Of a DNA stretch of 32,000 bases, positions 26,944-32,000 are shown piece after piece (the stretch's first letter is position 1; every line of letters begins with the position of its first letter). The stretch is from contig NZ_CP080507.1 in the NCBI RefSeq assembly GCF_019464535.1, forward strand, positions 1,800,001-1,832,000, in the 5' to 3' direction. The position numbers were made by a program, and so were the translations under genes. The notes beneath the pieces are model-generated. The model had not been told where the DNA came from and made no database searches. It saw only the letters and a list, made by a program, of their open reading frames with translations. Origin of the DNA: Horticoccus luteus (lineage in GTDB: Bacteria; Verrucomicrobiota; Verrucomicrobiia; Opitutales; Opitutaceae).

Positions 26944-28263
26944 TCACACTTCAGGCGGGAGGATGCGCTGAAACCGCACGCGCCGGAGTCGCTCGTTCTG
27001 GACCTCCGCTGCCGTGACGCGGCATTCTCCGATTTGCATGCTCTCGCCGCGTTTGGGAGCGTGGCCGAAGTTGCGCTCGACCCAGATCGCGACGGTCTCG
27101 CGCGGGATCCACTCGAAATTCCAACCGGTTTCAGCCTGAAGTTCGCGCATCGTAAACGATGCCGACACGACTATATTTTGGTCGGTGTGCTCGAAGACGG
27201 GACCGGTCTCGATGTCCAGTTCGTCGCGAATGTCGCCGACGATCTCTTCAAGCACATCCTCGAAACTCACGATACCCGCCAGACGCGCATCTTTGTCGAG
27301 CACGACGGCGAGGTGATTGCGCGAGGTGCGGAAGAGCTCGATCATCGTGTGAATCGGCGTTCGCAAAGTGAACGTCAGGACGGGGCGGATCAGGGGTTCA
27401 AACGGGGTGTCGGGCCCCAACGCCTGCAATTGCCACAGCCATTCGCGCACGAGCAGGATGCCTTTCACCTCGTCGAGCGAACCCTGACAAACGGGGAAGC
27501 GGCTGTGGCCGTGCATTTGCGCGAGACGCAAGTTTTCAGCAACGGGGTGGTCGAGCCAGAGGGCCACCACTTGCTCGCGCGGGCGCATGACTTGCTGCGC
27601 GGTGACGGTGCGCAGCCGCAGCGAACGCACCATGAGGCGGTTGATCAAAGCGTCGCCCGGATGCGCATGTCGCGAGTGGCTGAAGACGTATTCGAGCTCT
27701 TCGGTGCTGAAATTGTGCTCCGCGTCGTCGACGGATTCCAAGCCGCTCCAGCGCAGGATGCGGTTGGCCGTCGCATTCAACAACCAGATGAACGGAAAGA
27801 AGACGTAGTAGAACACCATCAGTGGCGCCGCGACGACGGTGGCGACGGCCTTGGGTCGCTGAATCGCGAGAGATTTGGGCGCGAGTTCACCAAAGACGAT
27901 ATGCAAAAACGTGATCACGCCAAAGGCCGCGGCGAACGAGATCGACGAGACGGCCGAGGGATCCGTGATGCCTATGCGGCCCAGCAGAGGCGCCAGGCGG
28001 TGGGCAAGAAACGGTTCGCCGACCCAGCCCAGTCCGAGACTCGTGAGCGTGATGCCCATCTGCGTCGCCGACAAAGCGGCGTCGAGATGTTGCGTGGCCT
28101 TGAGCGCAATGCGCACGCGCCAGCCGCCGGTTTTCAGCAGGGGCCGCAACTGGCTGCCGCGGACTTTGACCAGCGCGAATTCCGCCGCGACAAAGAAGCC
28201 ATTGGTGGCAACGAGCACCGCCACCACGAGAAGCTCGAAGCAGATGCCGAGGAAAGTGCTCAT
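26944..28263 (-). CDS. CNNM/HlyC-CorC family transporter (DUF21 TM domain - CBS pair - CorC_HlyC domain)
   Basis: The N-terminal DUF21 is VATNGFFVAAEFALVKVR...GITLTSLGLGWVGEP...FLHIVFGELAPKSLAIQ. The CBS region is AQQVMRPREQVVAL...SRFPVC...GILLVRE. The C-terminus is EDVLEEIVGDIRDE plus a transporter-associated domain. Confidence 0.9.
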   Translation of the reverse strand: MSTFLGICFELLVVAVLVATNGFFVAAEFALVKVRGSQLRPLLKTGGWRVRIALKATQHLDAALSATQMGITLTSLGLGWVGEPFLAHRLAPLLGRIGITDPSAVSSISFAAAFGVITFLHIVFGELAPKSLAIQRPKAVATVVAAPLMVFYYVFFPFIWLLNATANRILRWSGLESVDDAEHNFSTEELEYVFSHSRHAHPGDALINRLMVRSLRLRTVTAQQVMRPREQVVALWLDHPVAENLRLAQMHGHSRFPVCQGSLDEVKGILLVREWLWQLQALGPDTPFEPLIRPVLTFTLRTPIHTMIELFRTSRNHLAVVLDKDARLAGIVSFEDVLEEIVGDIRDELDIETGPVFEHTDQNIVVSASFTMRELQAETGWNFEWIPRETVAIWVERNFGHAPKRGESMQIGECRVTAAEVQNERLRRVRFQRILPPEV

Positions 28264-28311
28264 GCTGCGCGCTGACGCCCCGGAAGGACGCCAACGCTCC
28301 TGCGCCTGGCA

Positions 28312-28473
28312 CTACCGTTCGTCAACGCGCCCCTCCTCGATCGGTTCCACGTGCGCGAGGTCGTGGTCCGTTTTGTTTTTCGGGCCCTGCACCACACGCA
28401 CAATGCAGTAAATGAAGAGGGTCGTCACAAAGCCGACCGACAGCACAAGATTGATCCATCCTCCGGTAGTCAT
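28312..28473 (-). CDS. Small single-TM protein immediately downstream of the NSS transporter (possible MetS-like small subunit)
   Basis: Track ORF 28312..28503. The ATG at 28473 lies 1 nt after the NSS stop (minus strand reads ..TAA C ATG..) and gives MTTGGWINLVLSVGFVTTLFIYCIVRVVQGPKNK..., one TM helix followed by a charged tail. Its position matches the small partner subunits described for some NSS amino-acid importers. Confidence 0.5.
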   Translation of the reverse strand: MTTGGWINLVLSVGFVTTLFIYCIVRVVQGPKNKTDHDLAHVEPIEEGRVDER

Positions 28474-28474
28474 G

Positions 28475-30085
28475 TTATTGGGGTGAGTTGGCTTCGGCGG
28501 CATCGCGAGCCGCCCAGCGTTTGCCGGCGAAGTGAACGAGGATGAGACTGAACACGGTGACGGCGGCGATGAAGGCGATGGTCAGCCGCGCCACTCCGCT
28601 GGGGTGCGCGCCGATCAAATCGCCGACGTAGCCGGTGGGAGCAAAGACGGGCGAGGCAAAGGAGAAGTTCCAGCCGGCCACGTTTTTCAGCAGCCACATC
28701 ACGAAGACGACCAGCAGAAACGAAGGAGTGACGTATTTGAGGATAAATCGGTAAATGTGCGGCACCCGCATTTCCGCTCCCTCGTGCAGCAATTTCCAGC
28801 CGCGGTCGATGCCGATGATCCACGCGAAGACAAAGACGAGGATCGAGGCTTGGATAAAAAGCATCAGCGTGCCGACCCAGAAGTCGATCGTGTCGAGTGC
28901 CTTCAGATCCTTCGAATAATACCACACGAAGAGTGTGCCGATCCCGGTGACAACCGCCAGAATCGACAGCGATGCCTTGCGCCCGATGCCGAGGCCTTCT
29001 TCAAGAAACGCGACGCCGGGTTGCAGCATCGAAAGCGAGCTGGTGATGGCGGCGAGGAAGAGCAGCACGAAGAAGATGGAGGCGAACAGTTGTCCGCCGG
29101 GCATGCGGGCAAAAACTTCGGGCAGCACGTGAAAGCCCAAGGCGAACGTGCCTTGGCCAGCGACGCCCGCGGCGCCCAGGAACATGAAGGCCGCCGGCAC
29201 CGTGATCAAACCGCCGAGGCCGACTTCGCAAAATTCATTGGCGGCCGACGCTGTCAGGCCGGACAAAACCACATCATCTTTTCCCCGCAGATAACTGGCG
29301 TAGGTGATGATCACGCCGAAGCCCACGGAGAGGGAGAAGAAGATCTGGCCTGCTGCTGCGAGCCAGAGCTCAGGGTTCTTGAGGCCTTGGGCGACGTTGC
29401 CCGGATTCCAGAGATAACCGAGGCCGTTGAGGACACTTTGGTCCGGCTTGGTGGGATCGGGTGTGCCGAGCGTCAATACGCGCACCAGAATAATGATGGC
29501 GATGAAGATCAACGCCGGCATGGCAAATTTGCAGACCATCTCTATGCCTTTGGAGATGCCACGATAGATGAAGTAAAAGTTCAGCACGTAAACGATCAGC
29601 ACGAAGATTCCCACGTCCCGGAGTCCGAAGTGAATCCCCACGCCGTCGGCACCGGCCCCCGTGAACATGCTGAAGAACGCGCCGTAATCTTTGCCGACGA
29701 TGCTCAAGCCACCATGCAATGCGTTAACCGCGTAGCCGAGGCACCAGGCCTCCACGTAAACGTAATACATGTAAATGATCACCGGGGTGAAAAACCCGAT
29801 CACCCCCAGATACCGGGCCCATGGCTTTTTCACGATGACGTGGAAAATTCCGGAAGTGGAGTGATAGCCCTGACGACCGCCTTCGCGGCCGAGCGACCAT
29901 TCGACCCACCCGATCGGGATGCCGATCAGCAGCAGGGAAATAAAATACGCGATCATGAACGCGCCGCCGCCGTATTGCGCTGCGAGGCCGGGAAAACGCA
30001 GGAAGTTTCCCAATCCCACCGCGCTGCCGGCCACGGCGAGGATGACGCCGATGCGTGAACTCCACGCCTCTTTTTGTTGAGCCAT
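28475..30085 (-). CDS. Sodium-dependent transporter, neurotransmitter:sodium symporter (NSS/SNF) family
   Basis: The track ORF extends to 30412, but the first 109 codons are Arg/Ala/Pro-rich. The Met at 30085 gives MAQQKEAWSSRIGVILAVAGSAVGLGNFLRFP, the diagnostic NSS TM1 motif, then GGGAFMIAYFISLLLIGIPI and about 11-12 hydrophobic spans. Confidence 0.93.
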   Translation of the reverse strand: MAQQKEAWSSRIGVILAVAGSAVGLGNFLRFPGLAAQYGGGAFMIAYFISLLLIGIPIGWVEWSLGREGGRQGYHSTSGIFHVIVKKPWARYLGVIGFFTPVIIYMYYVYVEAWCLGYAVNALHGGLSIVGKDYGAFFSMFTGAGADGVGIHFGLRDVGIFVLIVYVLNFYFIYRGISKGIEMVCKFAMPALIFIAIIILVRVLTLGTPDPTKPDQSVLNGLGYLWNPGNVAQGLKNPELWLAAAGQIFFSLSVGFGVIITYASYLRGKDDVVLSGLTASAANEFCEVGLGGLITVPAAFMFLGAAGVAGQGTFALGFHVLPEVFARMPGGQLFASIFFVLLFLAAITSSLSMLQPGVAFLEEGLGIGRKASLSILAVVTGIGTLFVWYYSKDLKALDTIDFWVGTLMLFIQASILVFVFAWIIGIDRGWKLLHEGAEMRVPHIYRFILKYVTPSFLLVVFVMWLLKNVAGWNFSFASPVFAPTGYVGDLIGAHPSGVARLTIAFIAAVTVFSLILVHFAGKRWAARDAAEANSPQ

Positions 30086-30404
30086 GGGCGAAAGAGCTGA
30101 CAGTGCCCGGGATGCGCCGCAAGGGCGGAGTAAGAAACATTTTGTGACACGAAATTCGCGGATTTTTGAGCTGAAGGAGGCGCGGAAATTCAGCACCGGA
30201 GTCTCCGTCACAAGTGCGTCAGCCGCACGTGCCGGCGGGGCGGCGAACGCGAGGGTATCTGCGTCCCGCTTCGCGTTGCCGTGACTCACTGGTCTTCGAG
30301 GCGACGCGCGAAAACGCCCTGACGGTGAAGCGCCTTCTGCATTCCCGGCGAGCAGACTGCTTTCGGCTTTGCGTCGGTGTGGCGGCGCCGTTTCATCGGT
30401 CGCG

Positions 30405-31517
30405 TTGAACACGTTTGACCATTACCTGCTGCGCGAATGGCTGAAGATTTTCGGCCTGCTCCTCTGCGCGATGCTGGGCTTGTTGTTCATGCAAGGGCTC
30501 TATGACAATTTTCGCGATTTGCTGGAGATGCGGGCCAGCGCAGGCGAGGTGGCCTTTTATTTTGCGGTGTTGATGCCGAGTTTTTTCACACTCGTGCTCC
30601 AGATCGCGCTGCTGCTCTCGTTGCTTTTCGTGCTGGGCCAGTTGCACCGGCGGAACGAATTTCTTGCCCTGCGTTCGGCGGGTGTGGGCGTCATGCGCAT
30701 GACGCGCGTCATCTGGCTCGCCGGCGCGCTGTTGTGCGCGGTGATGGTGTGGCTCAATTCGACGCTTGTGCCTTGGTCGGTGGAGGCTTCGGAGCGATTG
30801 CGCGATTCGCTCAAATATCGCTGGCAGGAAAAGTCGGGGCAGGCGGACCGCGCGGGATTGATCTTCGATGTGGGATTCGACAACCAGCGCGACCGGCGGA
30901 TCTGGTTCATCAACCGTTATAGCAACGCGCAACACCGCGCCTACGGCGTGAGCGTTTCAGAGCTCGATCCGCAGCGCCGCGAGCGCGAGCGCATCATCGC
31001 GGGCGACGGATCCTACAACGCCGAACGCAAAGCGTGGACGTTTCACGAGGGTCGCGTGCAGTCCTACGAACCGCTCACCGGCGTAACGATGTCATCCGTG
31101 CCGTTTGCCACGCTTGAAAGGGCGGATTTTCACGAGGATCCGCAGTTGATCAGTGTATTCGACCGGCGGCCGGTGGATCTCTCGTTTTTCGAGCTGCAAC
31201 GCATCATGGATTACTTCGCTTACGAAGATAATCCCAAGTTCGCCCGTTACGCCGTGCGTTATTACGGGCTGCTCGCGGATACGTTCGTGCCCTTGATCAT
31301 CATCGCCATCGCGGTCCCGTTTGCGATGTCGGGCATTCGGGTGAACCCGGCGGTGGGCGTATCGAAGTCGCTGGGACTTTTCGTGCTCTACATGCTGCTC
31401 TCGCGGCTGGGCACGCAGTTGGGCAGCAACGAAGTGATTGATCCTATTCTCGCCGCGTGGGTGCCGAATCTTGGCATGGCGGCGCTGGCCGTGTGGCTCG
31501 TGCGCTCGATGCGTTAG
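30405..31517 (+). CDS. LptF/LptG-family LPS export permease (YjgP/YjgQ)
   Basis: FDHYLLREWLKIFGLLLCAMLGLLFM is a typical LptF/G N-terminus. There are three N-terminal TMs, a periplasmic beta-jellyroll-sized insert (RIWFINRY...), and three C-terminal TMs (VPLIIIAIAVPFAM...). The start is uncertain: TTG at 30405 (chosen) or TTG at 30369 (track). Confidence 0.85.
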   Translation: MNTFDHYLLREWLKIFGLLLCAMLGLLFMQGLYDNFRDLLEMRASAGEVAFYFAVLMPSFFTLVLQIALLLSLLFVLGQLHRRNEFLALRSAGVGVMRMTRVIWLAGALLCAVMVWLNSTLVPWSVEASERLRDSLKYRWQEKSGQADRAGLIFDVGFDNQRDRRIWFINRYSNAQHRAYGVSVSELDPQRRERERIIAGDGSYNAERKAWTFHEGRVQSYEPLTGVTMSSVPFATLERADFHEDPQLISVFDRRPVDLSFFELQRIMDYFAYEDNPKFARYAVRYYGLLADTFVPLIIIAIAVPFAMSGIRVNPAVGVSKSLGLFVLYMLLSRLGTQLGSNEVIDPILAAWVPNLGMAALAVWLVRSMR

Positions 31518-31617
31518 AGGCAGCCGCCGCGCGCGCTGCGGCAGTTGGTGTCGATGCCGAGTCCGGCGAGTCGCTGCGGCTCTCGAGCGCTCCGCGGAGG
31601 AAAGCGCCACCACTTGC

Positions 31618-32000
31618 TCAGGTGCGCAGATAACTGGCGCCGTTGGCATCCACGATGCACCCGGTCAGGGAAGCGGGTGCGTCGAGCCCGAGCCAAACGG
31701 TGAGTTGGGCGATCTCCTCTGGCGTGGCGACGCGCCCGAGTGGAATGTCGCGCACCAAGTCCCTCCCGGCGGAGCCCGCGAGGTGTTCCGTCGCCATGTC
31801 GGTTTCGACCCAGCCCGGTGCAACTGTGAAGACGTAAATGTGCTGCGGCGCCAACGCCTTCGCGAGCGACTGACCGAGAGCGTTAAGGCCGGCTTTACTG
31901 GCGCCGTAGGCCGGCGCGCGAGGTTCTCCGCGAAAAGCGCCGCGCGATGAAATGTTAACGATCCGGCCGCCGCTGCCGCACTCCTGCCATGTGCGCGCCG
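31618..32000 (-). CDS. Short-chain dehydrogenase/reductase (SDR) family oxidoreductase; 5' end beyond the window
   Basis: The track shows only 31618..31854. Extending the same frame upstream gives ...IVNISSRGAFRGEPRAPAYGASKAGLNALGQSLAKALAPQHIYVFTVAPGWVETDM..., which contains the SDR catalytic Ser...YxxxK (YGASK) and the PG motif. Confidence 0.85.
   Translation of the reverse strand, partial: ARTWQECGSGGRIVNISSRGAFRGEPRAPAYGASKAGLNALGQSLAKALAPQHIYVFTVAPGWVETDMATEHLAGSAGRDLVRDIPLGRVATPEEIAQLTVWLGLDAPASLTGCIVDANGASYLRT

Noticed and set aside
1-32000. Scanned for CRISPR repeats, tRNA/rRNA-like sequences, transposase or integrase genes, terminal inverted repeats, toxin-antitoxin pairs and known defence-system gene types.
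   Set aside because: I could recognise none. There are no regularly spaced direct repeats. No intergenic segment has tRNA-like features such as a T-loop GTTCGAATC-type sequence. Every large ORF is accounted for by housekeeping, signalling or transport families.

Overview
This 32-kb window is high-G+C chromosomal DNA from a diderm bacterium, shown by an LptF/G permease, a TonB-dependent receptor and a PQQ-type periplasmic dehydrogenase. Coding density is high, and I support 24 protein-coding features. I saw no rRNA, tRNA, CRISPR array, transposase, integrase or phage genes. Left to right: a truncated MFS antiporter (minus strand, missing from the ORF track because it runs off the edge), an FAD monooxygenase, a cytochrome c-PQQ sugar dehydrogenase fusion and a YkgJ-type Cys-cluster protein. 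Next is a translationally coupled seven-gene chemosensory operon (5934-15322): MCP, CheW, CheR-TPR, a Cys-rich CheW, CheA-REC, CheB and a REC-HisKA-HATPase-REC-REC hybrid kinase. A convergent ppk1 follows. Then comes an ECF sigma / FecR anti-sigma / STN-domain TonB-dependent transducer module followed by a secreted hypothetical protein, a Gfo/Idh/MocA oxidoreductase and a TIM-barrel sugar isomerase. This block has visibly lower G+C. The minus strand then carries htpG, a CNNM/HlyC-type transporter and an NSS sodium symporter with a tiny single-TM partner ORF. The window ends with an LptF/G permease and a truncated SDR oxidoreductase. The most interesting item is the chemosensory operon: its gene order matches the Wsp-type (non-flagellar) order, but the output position holds a triple-receiver hybrid histidine kinase instead of a diguanylate cyclase, and no downstream target is visible here. 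I found nothing resembling a defence island or mobile element; most of the window is ordinary housekeeping or accessory metabolism. Many long ORFs in the supplied track are wrong-frame or antisense artefacts of the high G+C, and several true genes start downstream of the track's first start codon.
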